Source: Bacteroidales bacterium (GTDB lineage: Bacteria; Bacteroidota; Bacteroidia; Bacteroidales; UBA3824). Taken from it: a stretch of 64,000 bases of DNA. How positions within the stretch are numbered: the first letter of the stretch is position 1; each line of letters begins with the position of its first letter. The notes below the pieces were generated by a model. That model was not told the origin of the DNA. It searched no databases and saw only the letters and a program-made list of their open reading frames with translations. The DNA lies in contig JAFXUC010000045.1 of NCBI GenBank assembly GCA_017535325.1, positions 3,169-67,168 of the forward strand, given 5' to 3'. Positions 19,812 through 28,651 of this stretch are shown here, piece by piece. Position numbers and translations under genes: made by a program.

Positions 19812-22114
19812 ATGTCAGAAGAAACAAAAAATTATAAAGCAGAAAGATACAACCGGCGGACTTTGAACCGCATTTTAGCCGATGTTTTTAAGGAAAATCC
19901 TTTGAAAGAATATGGGTTTGAGGATTTGATTTCCCTTCTTAATATTGAAGACAACGCTTCAAAAGAAATGTTGCAACTCGTTTTGAATGAACTTGTTGAG
20001 GGAAATAAAATTCAGAAAAACGAGGCGGGTAATTTTCAGACGGTGATAAAGACCGGGGTTGTTATCGGTATTCTGGACCTGTCGAGAAAGGGTCAGGCTT
20101 TTGTCCGCGAGGAGCAGAGCGGCGCGGAAATTTCCGTTCCTAACGAAAACCTTCACAACGCGCTTCACGGCGACAGAGTGGAGATTGCTTTGTCTGCCTC
20201 AAAGAGCGGAAAGCAGGAAGGCGAGGTTATCAAAATCATAAAACGCGCAAGAACTTCTTTTATCGGAACGATTGAAAAGGACAAAAATTTCGCGTTTTTG
20301 GTAACAAATCACAAAACCATGCCTTACGACATTTTTATTCCGTTCGACAAGTTGATGAAAGCCAAAAACAACGACAAGGCTGTCGCTGTTATCACCGAAT
20401 GGCCTGAGGGCGCAAAAAATCCTATCGGCGAGGTTATCGAAATTCTCGGCGCAACCGGTAACAACGAAACCGAAATTCATGCTATTTTGGCAGAATATGG
20501 TCTTCCTTATCAGTTTCCTGAAAACGTTGAAAAGGCCGCCGAAGCCCTTAGCACCGAAATCACCGAAGAAGAAATCGCTTCAAGGCGCGATATGAGGGAC
20601 GTTACGACGTTTACAATCGACCCCGCAGATGCGAAAGACTTTGACGATGCCATCTCGTACAGAAAACTCAAAAACGGAAACCATGAAATCGGCGTTCATA
20701 TTGCCGACGTTTCACACTATATCGAAGAAGGCTCGGTAATCGATCAGGAGGCTTTCAACCGCGGCACAAGCGTTTATCTTGTTGACAGGGTTGTGCCGAT
20801 GCTGCCCGAAAAACTCTGCAACGAGGTCTGCTCTCTGCGTCAGGACGAGGACAAACTTACGTTTTCTGCCGTTTTTGAACTCAACGACAAAGCCGAAATC
20901 CAAAGCGAATGGTTCGGCAAAACCGTTATCCGCAGCAACCGCCGTTTCTGTTACGACGAGGCTCAGCAGATAATCGAGACCGGCGAAGGCGACCTCAAAG
21001 ACGAAATTCTCAAATGCTGGGATTTGGCAAAAATCCTGAGGGAAGAGCGTTTCAAAAACGGCTCTATCTCCTTTGAGAGAAACGAAATAAAATTCGACAT
21101 TGACGAAAACGTAAACCGCTCAGGGTTTATTTCAGGGAGTCGAAAGAGGCTAACTTTTTGGTTGAGGAGTTTATGCTGCTTGCCAACAAGAGGGTTGCCT
21201 CGTTTGTCGGCGAGAAAAAAGACAAAAAGCATCCGGCGAAGACTTTCGTCTACCGTATCCACGACGAGCCGGATTTGGAAAAACTTTACAGTTTCCAAAA
21301 ATTCATCGGCAAGTTCGGATATTCAATCAACATGAAGAGCGACGATATGATTGCCAAAACTCTCAACGAACTTCTTTTCAAACTCAAAGGTCAGAGAGAG
21401 CAGGAGGTAATCTCGACGCTTGCTGTCAGAAGTATGGCAAAGGCAATTTATTCAACCGACAACATCGGACATTACGGTTTGGGATTTCCTTTCTACACGC
21501 ATTTTACTTCGCCGATTAGACGCTATCCCGACTTGATGGTTCATAGACTGCTTTTTAGTTATCTTAACGGTGGCAAGTCGGCTTCAAAACCCTATTACGA
21601 AGACCTTTGCAAGCATTGCTCTGAAAGGGAAAATTTGGCTGTTCAAGCAGAAAGGGCTTCCGACAAATACAAGGAAGTTGAATTTATGCGCGATCATTTG
21701 GGCGAAACCTACGACGCTTTGGTTTCGGGTATAACCGAATGGGGCGTTTACTGCGAATTGGAGGAAAACGGTATCGAAGGCATGATTCCGATGAGGGATT
21801 TGGACGACGATTTTTATATGTTTGACGAGGAGAATTACTGTCTTGTCGGACATTACACCAAGAAAAAATACCAACTCGGCGACAAAATCCAAATCAAAAT
21901 CGCCCGCGCAAACATCGAGCGCAAACAGTTGGACTTTGTGCTTTCGACTTCGGAAAAACACATCGAAACCGACCCCGAAAAAGCGGACGCCTTGGACCGC
22001 AAAAAAGCCGTCCGCGCCGTAATTCCCGGTGTAAAAAGTAAAAAGCCGAAAAAGAAACAGCCGAAAGGCAAAAAGCCGGCTAAAAAGAAATCCGGACACA
22101 AACACAAAAAATAA
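19812..22114 (+). pseudogene. rnr: ribonuclease R, interrupted by a -1 frameshift near 21104-21113
   Basis: Two ORFs (19803-21335 and 21158-22114) together cover OB/cold-shock, RNB (FTIDPADAKDFDDA) and S1 domains plus a Lys-rich tail. The RNase R-like reading continues in the other frame as ...KPLRVYFRESKEANFLVEEFMLLANK after the stop at 21101-21103. Confidence 0.85.
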
Positions 22115-23319
22115 TGCCGTACGAAACAAAACAGGAAACAGAAAAAGCCGTCGTAATCGGTTTGCTGACAAAGGATTGCGACGGCGATAAACTTCAAGAA
22201 TATTTTTCGGAACTCGAATTTCTTGCCCAGACCGCAGGCGTGGAATGCGTCAAAAGGTTTTCGCAGAGGGCGGAATATCCTAATCCGCGCATTTATGTCG
22301 GTCAGGGAAAACTTCAAGAAATAGCGGATTTCGTAGAAAACAACGAAATCGACTGCGCTATTTTTGACGACGAGTTGAGCCCGTCGCAATACAGAAATAT
22401 TTCCGATGTTCTCAAATGCAAGATTATCGACCGCAGTGCGCTTATTCTTGATATTTTTGCGAAAAGGGCTCAGACCGCACATTCCAAAACGCAAGTGGAA
22501 CTGGCTCAATACCAGTATCTTCTGCCGCGTTTGGCTGGTATGTGGACACATCTTGAACGACAGAAAGGCGGTATCGGCATGCGCGGTCCGGGTGAAAAGG
22601 AAATCGAGACCGACCGCCGTATTGTCCGCGACAGAATAGCGCGTCTGAAAGAGGAACTTCAAAAAATCGACAACCAGAAGAACGTTCAGCGGCAAAACCG
22701 CGGAAAACTTGTCCGCGTCGCGCTTATCGGCTATACCAACGTCGGAAAGTCAACGCTGATGAATCTCTGGTCAAAATCGGAGGTCTTTGCCGAAAACAAA
22801 CTTTTCGCAACCCTTGACACAACCGTCAGAAAAGTCGTTGTCAAAAATCTTCCGTTTCTGCTTTCCGATACCGTAGGCTTTATCAGAAAACTTCCCAAAA
22901 ACCTTTTTGAAAGTTTCAAGTCAACCTTGGACGAGGTCAGAGAGGCTGACATTCTGCTTTACGTAACGGACATTTCGCATCCCAACTTTTTGGAGCAGAT
23001 GCAGGTGGTTGAGGAGACAATCAGCGAAATCACAAAGGATAAAAAGTCGAAGTTTTATGTTTTCAACAAAATAGACAATTACTCTTTTGACAAGAAAGAC
23101 GATGACGATTTGACGGAAAGGACGTTGGAGAATTATCCGTTGCAGGAGATGGAGGATTATCTCAGAATGAAATTTTCGTCTTCTGCGCCGTGCATTTTTA
23201 TCTCCGCCAAAAACAAGACCAACATCGATGAACTTAAAGAGGCGGTTTACAGGGAAGCGAAACGCATTCACACCGAAAGGTATCCATACGACGATTTGCT
23301 TTATGAGGAGGTTGAATAG
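22114..23319 (+). CDS. hflX: GTPase HflX
   Basis: HflX N-domain, then G1 GYTNVGKST, G3 DTVGF and G4 NKID. The start overlaps the rnr stop (TAATG). Confidence 0.9.
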   Translation: MPYETKQETEKAVVIGLLTKDCDGDKLQEYFSELEFLAQTAGVECVKRFSQRAEYPNPRIYVGQGKLQEIADFVENNEIDCAIFDDELSPSQYRNISDVLKCKIIDRSALILDIFAKRAQTAHSKTQVELAQYQYLLPRLAGMWTHLERQKGGIGMRGPGEKEIETDRRIVRDRIARLKEELQKIDNQKNVQRQNRGKLVRVALIGYTNVGKSTLMNLWSKSEVFAENKLFATLDTTVRKVVVKNLPFLLSDTVGFIRKLPKNLFESFKSTLDEVREADILLYVTDISHPNFLEQMQVVEETISEITKDKKSKFYVFNKIDNYSFDKKDDDDLTERTLENYPLQEMEDYLRMKFSSSAPCIFISAKNKTNIDELKEAVYREAKRIHTERYPYDDLLYEEVE

Positions 23320-24059
23320 TGTTTAAACTTTTTTACCACACGGGAAGATATTTTCTGCTGATGCGGCGGGTGTTTTCGCGGCCTGAAAGGTGGCGTGTAT
23401 TTTTCCGCGAAACCTTGCGCGAAATAGAAACTATCGGCATAAGTTCAATAACAATCGTCCTGATAATTTCGATGTTTATGGGTGCGGTCTGCGCTATTCA
23501 GATGGCGTACAACCTTCAGAACCCGATTGTCCCGCGGTATTTAATCGGTCTCGGAACCCGTGAAACTATGCTTTTGGAATTTTCTTCAACCATTGTCGCG
23601 CTGATTCTCGCCGGAAAAGTCGGCTCAAACATAGCCTCCGAACTCGGAACAATGCGCGTTACCGAACAAATAGACGCTCTCGAAATGATGGGCGTAAATT
23701 CGGCGTGCTACCTTATTCTGCCAAAAATAGCCGCTTTTGTGTTCTTTATTCCCGTTCTGACGGTTTTCAGCATGGCGATAGGACTGCTTGGCGGTTATGT
23801 TGCCTCGTTCAGCACGGCGGGACTCACGCCGCATGATTACGTGGTGGGAATAACGTCGTTTTTCAGGCCTTTTTATGTAACCTACGCGCTGATTAAATCG
23901 CTGGTTTTCGCCTTTATAATCGCCTCTGTGTCGTCGTATCACGGCTACTACGCTTTTGGCGGTGCGCTCGAAGTCGGAAAGTCAAGTACGCACGCCGTAG
24001 TATACAGTTCGATTGTCGTCCTGATGTTCAACCTTATTTTAACTAAGTTACTGTTATGA
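23319..24059 (+). CDS. MlaE-family ABC transporter permease
   Basis: About 246 aa, multi-pass, with the typical REIETIGISS and EQIDALEMMG motifs of MlaE/Ttg2B permeases. GTG start overlaps the hflX stop. Confidence 0.8.
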   Translation: MFKLFYHTGRYFLLMRRVFSRPERWRVFFRETLREIETIGISSITIVLIISMFMGAVCAIQMAYNLQNPIVPRYLIGLGTRETMLLEFSSTIVALILAGKVGSNIASELGTMRVTEQIDALEMMGVNSACYLILPKIAAFVFFIPVLTVFSMAIGLLGGYVASFSTAGLTPHDYVVGITSFFRPFYVTYALIKSLVFAFIIASVSSYHGYYAFGGALEVGKSSTHAVVYSSIVVLMFNLILTKLLL

Positions 24060-24811
24060 TAGAAGTTAAGAACGTTTGCAAAGAGTTTTCTGATGTAAAA
24101 GTCTTGTATGACATCTGCGCTGAATTTCTGCCCGGAAAAACCAACCTTACAATCGGACAGTCGGGCAGCGGAAAAACCGTCCTTTTGAAATGTATCGCGG
24201 GTCTTCATTCCGTTACGAGTGGCGACATTCTTTATGACGGACGCTCTTTTTGCGCCATGAACGAAAAGCAGCGGAAAGAAATCCGTAAGGAAATGGGCAT
24301 GGTTTTTCAAGGCGGGGCGTTGTTTGACTCTAATACAGTAGAGGAAAACGTTATGTTTCCGCTCGAAATGTTTACCCGTATGACTTTTGAAGAGCGCAGA
24401 GAAAGGGCTAACGAGTGCTTAAAACGGGTCAACATCATAAATGCCAACAAAAAATATCCGTCAGAAATTTCAGGTGGAATGCAAAAACGAGTTGCCATAG
24501 CCCGTGCTATCGCCCTTAATCCCAAGTATTTGTATTGCGACGAGCCTAATTCAGGACTTGACCCCGTAACGAGCATCGTAATCGACAACCTCATAAAAGA
24601 CATCACCGTAGAATACAATATCACGACGATAGTTAACACTCACGATATGAACTCGGTTATGGAAATCGGCGACAAAATAATTTTTATTTACAAAGGTCGT
24701 AAAAAATGGGAAGGCACAAGTGCGGAAATTTTTTCGTCGGGAGTCAAAGAATTGGACGATTTTGTCTTCGCTTCCGAAAGAATGAAGAAAATCAGGGAAA
24801 TGAGCAAATAA
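24056..24811 (+). CDS. ABC transporter ATP-binding protein (MlaF-like)
   Basis: Walker A GQSGSGKT, signature ISGGMQKR and Walker B YLYCDEP. ATGA overlap with the permease gene. Confidence 0.85.
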   Translation: MIEVKNVCKEFSDVKVLYDICAEFLPGKTNLTIGQSGSGKTVLLKCIAGLHSVTSGDILYDGRSFCAMNEKQRKEIRKEMGMVFQGGALFDSNTVEENVMFPLEMFTRMTFEERRERANECLKRVNIINANKKYPSEISGGMQKRVAIARAIALNPKYLYCDEPNSGLDPVTSIVIDNLIKDITVEYNITTIVNTHDMNSVMEIGDKIIFIYKGRKKWEGTSAEIFSSGVKELDDFVFASERMKKIREMSK

Positions 24812-24815
24812 AAAA

Positions 24816-24873
24816 AGTTATCAACACTGTGTTGATAACTTTTGTAAAATATTGAAAATAAGTGTATTAAAAA
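24816..24873. repeat. palindrome-containing ~60-bp repeat, copy 1
   Basis: AGTTATCAACACTGTGTTGATAACT (11-bp arms, 3-nt spacer) followed by TTTGTAAAATATTGAAAATAAGT. Lies between the convergent ABC ATPase and Rpn-like genes. Confidence 0.85.
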
Positions 24874-24877
24874 TAAT

Positions 24878-25843
24878 TTAATGCGTATTAACGTATTCTT
24901 TCAGTTCTTCAATGTCAAGATTGAGAGCCTTTGCAATTTGTTCAAGTGGCATAAGTCCTGTTTTGTAAATTGTTAAAGCGGATTGAAGACTGGCTTTGTG
25001 AGCCTTGGCACGTTCTTCTGCGATGCCTTCCATGCGACCCTCTGCGATGCCTTCGTCGTGTCCTTTTTTGTATTTATAATCTAACTGACCGTGGTAACAC
25101 ATATAATTATGAAAACTCTCATCGTAAAGCCTTTGTTGCTTTTTGTCAAGAGCCGAATATTCTGCCATTTTTTCCAACCGGGCAAATAGCGGTATTTCTT
25201 GCGTAAATGCTAATTGTGTTTCCATACTCTCCATGTTTGATAAATTAAATATCCATTTGTCTATATCCGTTTTGCAATCCGACTCTTCCATTTCTCTGTA
25301 AAACGGCATTTGTATTTTCCAATATTGGATCACGTCAGAATCTATTTCGTGGTCTTCCGTGTCTGAAAGAGTGCAGTGAGAAAACGCTTTCGGACGTTTC
25401 TCATCCTTGAAGTTCATAAAGAAAACGCCGTAGATGTTGGCTAAATGATAGTCCCACGGTTTTCTGTCTTCTTCGCCTTTCGCGTTGATGAAGTTTATAT
25501 AACCCTTTTTTTGCTGACGGGATACCGCCCGCGACAAATACATAACTATTCTGTCTGAAAAATATTCCTGCTGGTCGTTCTGCATTTCAATGACGAACTC
25601 TTCTCCCGAATCCGTTTCGCAGTATACGTCGTAAACCACGCGGCGTGTTTCTTTGTTTGTGTCGTCGGCTTCTCCGTCAACAATCTTTACCTTGGCGATA
25701 TTTGTTTCCGGATTTTGTTTTTGCAACAAGGCGTTAAGAAAGCCCCTTGTTATTTCTTCGTCTTTGAAGATGAATTTAAAACCGAAATCCGTCGCCGGGT
25801 TAATGTATTTCGGATGCCGATATTGTGTTTTAACGTATTCCAT
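24878..25843 (-). CDS. Rpn-family recombination-promoting nuclease / PD-(D/E)XK putative transposase
   Basis: N-terminus YINPATDFGFKFIF..., VVYDVYCETDSGEEFVIEMQ core and about 320 aa. Typical of the TIGR01784-type proteins abundant in Bacteroidales. Confidence 0.7.
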   Translation of the reverse strand: MEYVKTQYRHPKYINPATDFGFKFIFKDEEITRGFLNALLQKQNPETNIAKVKIVDGEADDTNKETRRVVYDVYCETDSGEEFVIEMQNDQQEYFSDRIVMYLSRAVSRQQKKGYINFINAKGEEDRKPWDYHLANIYGVFFMNFKDEKRPKAFSHCTLSDTEDHEIDSDVIQYWKIQMPFYREMEESDCKTDIDKWIFNLSNMESMETQLAFTQEIPLFARLEKMAEYSALDKKQQRLYDESFHNYMCYHGQLDYKYKKGHDEGIAEGRMEGIAEERAKAHKASLQSALTIYKTGLMPLEQIAKALNLDIEELKEYVNTH

Positions 25844-25931
25844 TTTGCCGGATTTTATTTTGCGCTAAAATAAAGATTATTCCTGGAAATGCAAAGGAAT
25901 AACTGAAAATTATTTTAATCTTACGAAAAAA

Positions 25932-25990
25932 AGTTATCAACACTGTGTTGATAACTTTTGTAATGTTTTGAAAATAAATTTATTAGATAA
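25932..25990. repeat. palindrome-containing repeat, copy 2
   Basis: The same 25-bp palindrome followed by TTTGTAATGTTTTGAAAATAAAT. Confidence 0.85.
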
Positions 25991-26114
25991 ACGGTGTAAG
26001 CAAGGCGGTTTTTCCGTTTTTTGTCTTTTTCTAGTCCGACATGACAGCGTATAATTTGCGTTTGAAAATCATAATGCTTAACTGTTTGATTTATTGCGCA
26101 AAAATAGCGTTTAT

Positions 26115-26168
26115 GTCGAAAATCCACAAATGTTTTTGCCCGTTTTTGTCGAAAATCCACAAATGTTT
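26115..26168. repeat. 21-bp direct repeat x2 (GTCGAAAATCCACAAATGTTT); the 26128-26152 part recurs at 30100-30124
   Basis: Read directly. AAATGTTTTTGCCCGTTTTTGTCGA is identical at both loci. Confidence 0.8.
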
Positions 26169-26180
26169 GCTTGTTGTCAT

Positions 26181-26232
26181 TTGGATTGCAGGCGGCTCGC
26201 CTGCTCTTTTCTTTATTGGTTTTGAGCCGCAA
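26181..26232. repeat. hairpin repeat (TTGGATTGCAGGCGGCTCGCCTGCTCTTT...), copy A
   Basis: Contains the 7-bp stem GCAGGCG/CGCCTGC. A near-identical 52-bp copy lies at 31191-31242. Confidence 0.85.
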
Positions 26233-26233
26233 A

Positions 26234-26295
26234 AGTTATCAACACTGTGTTGATAACTTTTGTAAAATTTTGAAAATAAGTATATTAAAAAATAT
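26234..26295. repeat. palindrome-containing repeat, copy 3
   Basis: The same palindrome followed by TTTGTAAAATTTTGAAAATAAGT. Confidence 0.85.
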
Positions 26296-26481
26296 ATCCG
26301 AGATTTACGGAGATGCAATGATTAGGCGCGTCTGTCATTATGAAAGTTGTTTCCAACTCGTATGAGGCCCCTAAATAATAATGTTCGTAATTTACGCCCA
26401 ATCCGGCATTTCCGCCTAAGTCAAAACGCTTGAAAACACCATTCCAAGCAAAATTGCAAATAAAAATGTAAATTTTTTCAT
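26285..26481 (-). pseudogene. decayed outer-membrane beta-barrel gene (signal peptide plus C-terminal strands only)
   Basis: MKKFTFLFAILLGMVFSSVLT then a stop. In another frame the sequence continues ...GLGVNYEHYYLGASYELETTF...SVNLGYIF*, resembling the C-terminus of the 203-aa barrel protein (..SLNFGYKF). Confidence 0.55.
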
Positions 26482-26534
26482 TTCTGTTATATGTTTAATT
26501 TTTCAAGTCGCAAATTACAAAATTAAAAAAACAA

Positions 26535-27170
26535 CTAAAAACTTGTAGTCAGAGTTAAAACGAATCCTTGCATATTTTTATTTGACAGTGTTTTTTCATT
26601 AGCATAAAAATTTGCTTTTTTGGAATATTCCAGTGTTGAAAACACATAACCCCCACTTATACTACATTTGTCCTGAAATTTGAAATTCACTCCAAATGTA
26701 AAATAATATGAAAGGACTCCGCTTGTAAACGTAAAATCCTGACTTTCTGTGAAATCATTGTTATATTCCGTTATTGTTCTTGAAAATTTGCGGTTAATCA
26801 TAACGCCGTTTTCTGTTGAAAAATTCACTTTCAACTTTTCTGTCTTTATGATATTCGGTGAACATATTTTTGCTGACGGCATTACAAACAGTCTGAAAAG
26901 TCCGTCATCATCTTCGCTGAAAGACGAAAAAATGCCGTTTTCAGGTATTTCCTTCCAAAAGCCAACACTTCCGCCACAACCTAAATAATCACAAAACATA
27001 TAATGATAGCCGCAATGCAGCATAAAAACATCGTCAGAAAAAAAACTCCAACTACAACTTACGTTATGGCTTTGCGGTAAAAAATCGTCTGTGTCCGTAT
27101 CTGTTTGAGCATTTACAGAAAAAAACACCATTCCAAGCAAAATTACAAATAAAAATGTAAATTTTTTCAT
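26535..27170 (-). CDS. hypothetical secreted / outer-membrane protein
   Basis: Signal peptide MKKFTFLFVILLGMVFFSVNAQ, beta-rich with alternating hydrophobic residues, C-terminal ...LTLTTSF. Confidence 0.55.
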   Translation of the reverse strand: MKKFTFLFVILLGMVFFSVNAQTDTDTDDFLPQSHNVSCSWSFFSDDVFMLHCGYHYMFCDYLGCGGSVGFWKEIPENGIFSSFSEDDDGLFRLFVMPSAKICSPNIIKTEKLKVNFSTENGVMINRKFSRTITEYNNDFTESQDFTFTSGVLSYYFTFGVNFKFQDKCSISGGYVFSTLEYSKKANFYANEKTLSNKNMQGFVLTLTTSF

Positions 27171-27304
27171 TTTGTTATGTGTTTAATTATTTTCAGGCTG
27201 CAAAATTACAAAACCTTTTTCGAGAAAAATTCCGAAAAGGTGTTGTTTTTAATTAAAAATTGTGTCCATGATTTACAGAAAACTAATTTTATGAAAGAAT
27301 TAAT

Positions 27305-28000
27305 TTAGTTAAAATCAAATTTCACAACAATCGGTTCTAAATCAACAGTTTCACCTGTTATGGGGTCGGCACCGAATTTCATAGAAATAGTTAAATTATA
27401 TGTTCCGTAAATGTCAGGTAATTTTTTGAAATGAAGCCTGAACCATTCGTTCAACATATAGAGAGGCTCTTCTTCTGATATTGAATCCAAACTGCGTTGA
27501 AGTTCAATATAGTACTTTCCCTCTTTTGGTAAATTATTCTTCTTTACATAAATTTCTGTTTTCAAATCTCTAAATTCATATAAATACACCAAATCGTTAA
27601 TCGAACTATTTGCTGGATGTTTTTCATCAAACTGCTTGTCGGTTTTCACATTAATTGATATTAACGGCATTACCGATGCATAGTTTAATGCGCTAATCGT
27701 ATGAATATTAGAGAATATTGTATCTCCATAGAAACTTGCATATTGTTTAAAAGCAGGGAGATTTACTTCTGGATCAAACTTAAACGGTTTTTCATCAGGC
27801 ATACAATCCAATACGATATAATTTCCTATATCCGAATCGGAATCAACACCACAACTTTTGACATTTATTCCATTTGGAATGTAATAAACATCAACCAATG
27901 ACGGAAAACCGTATTCGATTAGGTCTTCGCATTCTTTTTCTTGATTACAACTCACCAAGGTAGCCGCAATCATTGCAAATAAAAATGTAAATTTTTTCAT
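27305..28000 (-). CDS. hypothetical lipoprotein
   Basis: Lipobox MKKFTFLFAMIAATLVSC. No family recognised. Confidence 0.55.
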   Translation of the reverse strand: MKKFTFLFAMIAATLVSCNQEKECEDLIEYGFPSLVDVYYIPNGINVKSCGVDSDSDIGNYIVLDCMPDEKPFKFDPEVNLPAFKQYASFYGDTIFSNIHTISALNYASVMPLISINVKTDKQFDEKHPANSSINDLVYLYEFRDLKTEIYVKKNNLPKEGKYYIELQRSLDSISEEEPLYMLNEWFRLHFKKLPDIYGTYNLTISMKFGADPITGETVDLEPIVVKFDFN

Positions 28001-28053
28001 TTTGTTATCTGTTTAGTTATTTAATTAATATGTTTTAAAAATTTAACTTTCAA

Positions 28054-28434
28054 TTATTTGCTTATAACAACATTTTTTGTGTACACCACAGTTTTTTTGT
28101 CGCTGACTATAATATTATAGTTTCCTAAACCATAATCTTGTAGCGTACAACTAAACATTGTGCCGCCGCCGGTGGTTATACCTGCCACTTTTGAACCGTC
28201 GCAGAAAACTTCTACCGTACCGCCTTCCGTATTAAACGGAAAATCAACCGTTAACAACGTTGACGAATCCTCGTATGAAACGTTTACAAGCATTTGCCTT
28301 CTGTGAGAAGTATGCTGATTTTTATCTCCACCATCTTCCTGCCCTTTAAAATTTTTACTTATTTGTGCCGATGTTTTCGTCATCGCACCTGAGGCTGCAA
28401 TTACAGCAGCAAGTAATAATATAACTTTTTTCAT
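28054..28434 (-). CDS. small secreted Ig-like protein (tentatively DUF3244-like), paralog 1
   Basis: Signal peptide MKKVILLLAAVIAASGA. Conserved core VSYEDSSTLLTVDF..GTVEVFCDGSKVAGI..TMFSCTLQDYGLGNYNIIVS shared with the genes at 31994 and 62846. An alternative upstream ATG lies at 28455. Confidence 0.65.
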   Translation of the reverse strand: MKKVILLLAAVIAASGAMTKTSAQISKNFKGQEDGGDKNQHTSHRRQMLVNVSYEDSSTLLTVDFPFNTEGGTVEVFCDGSKVAGITTGGGTMFSCTLQDYGLGNYNIIVSDKKTVVYTKNVVISK

Positions 28435-28619
28435 CTCCGCTGTTTTTTTTATCACACAGCAAAATTACAACATCAAAAACGTTTTGTCAAGGTGATGTTC
28501 CCTTTACAACTGATATAATCAACTGATTTTCAAACTTGTTCCTAAATGGGAACAACTTTTTACCCCCGAAAAAGGAACAAAAAAATATAGAGAAATACTA
28601 CATAAATCACATTTTTTTG

Positions 28620-28627
28620 TATTTTTG
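28620..28627 (+). promoter_or_regulatory. -7 box TATTTTTG upstream of TPR-TM-HTH regulator 1
   Basis: Exact TAnnTTTG match 25 nt before the ATG at 28652. Confidence 0.5.
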
Positions 28628-28651
28628 CACAACAATAAACTTTAAAACAAA

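Noticed and set aside
24816-24840. The palindrome arms TTATCAACA resemble DnaA boxes (TTATCCACA), raising the idea of an origin or DnaA-titration site.
   Set aside because: Each arm carries a mismatch at a conserved box position. There is no AT-rich DUE plus box cluster, and no dnaA or dnaN nearby. The element behaves as a dispersed repeat at gene ends.
26115-26168. Possible CRISPR-like direct repeats.
   Set aside because: There are only two 21-bp copies separated by 12 bp, with no further repeat-spacer periodicity and no cas genes. No CRISPR array is present anywhere in the window.
25921-26365. ORFs of 64-103 aa on both strands in the 25.9-26.4 kb repeat cluster.
   Set aside because: They are built from the palindromic, hairpin and direct repeats, overlap each other on both strands, and have no start context or motif. 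The region is better explained as non-coding repeat debris plus one decayed gene.
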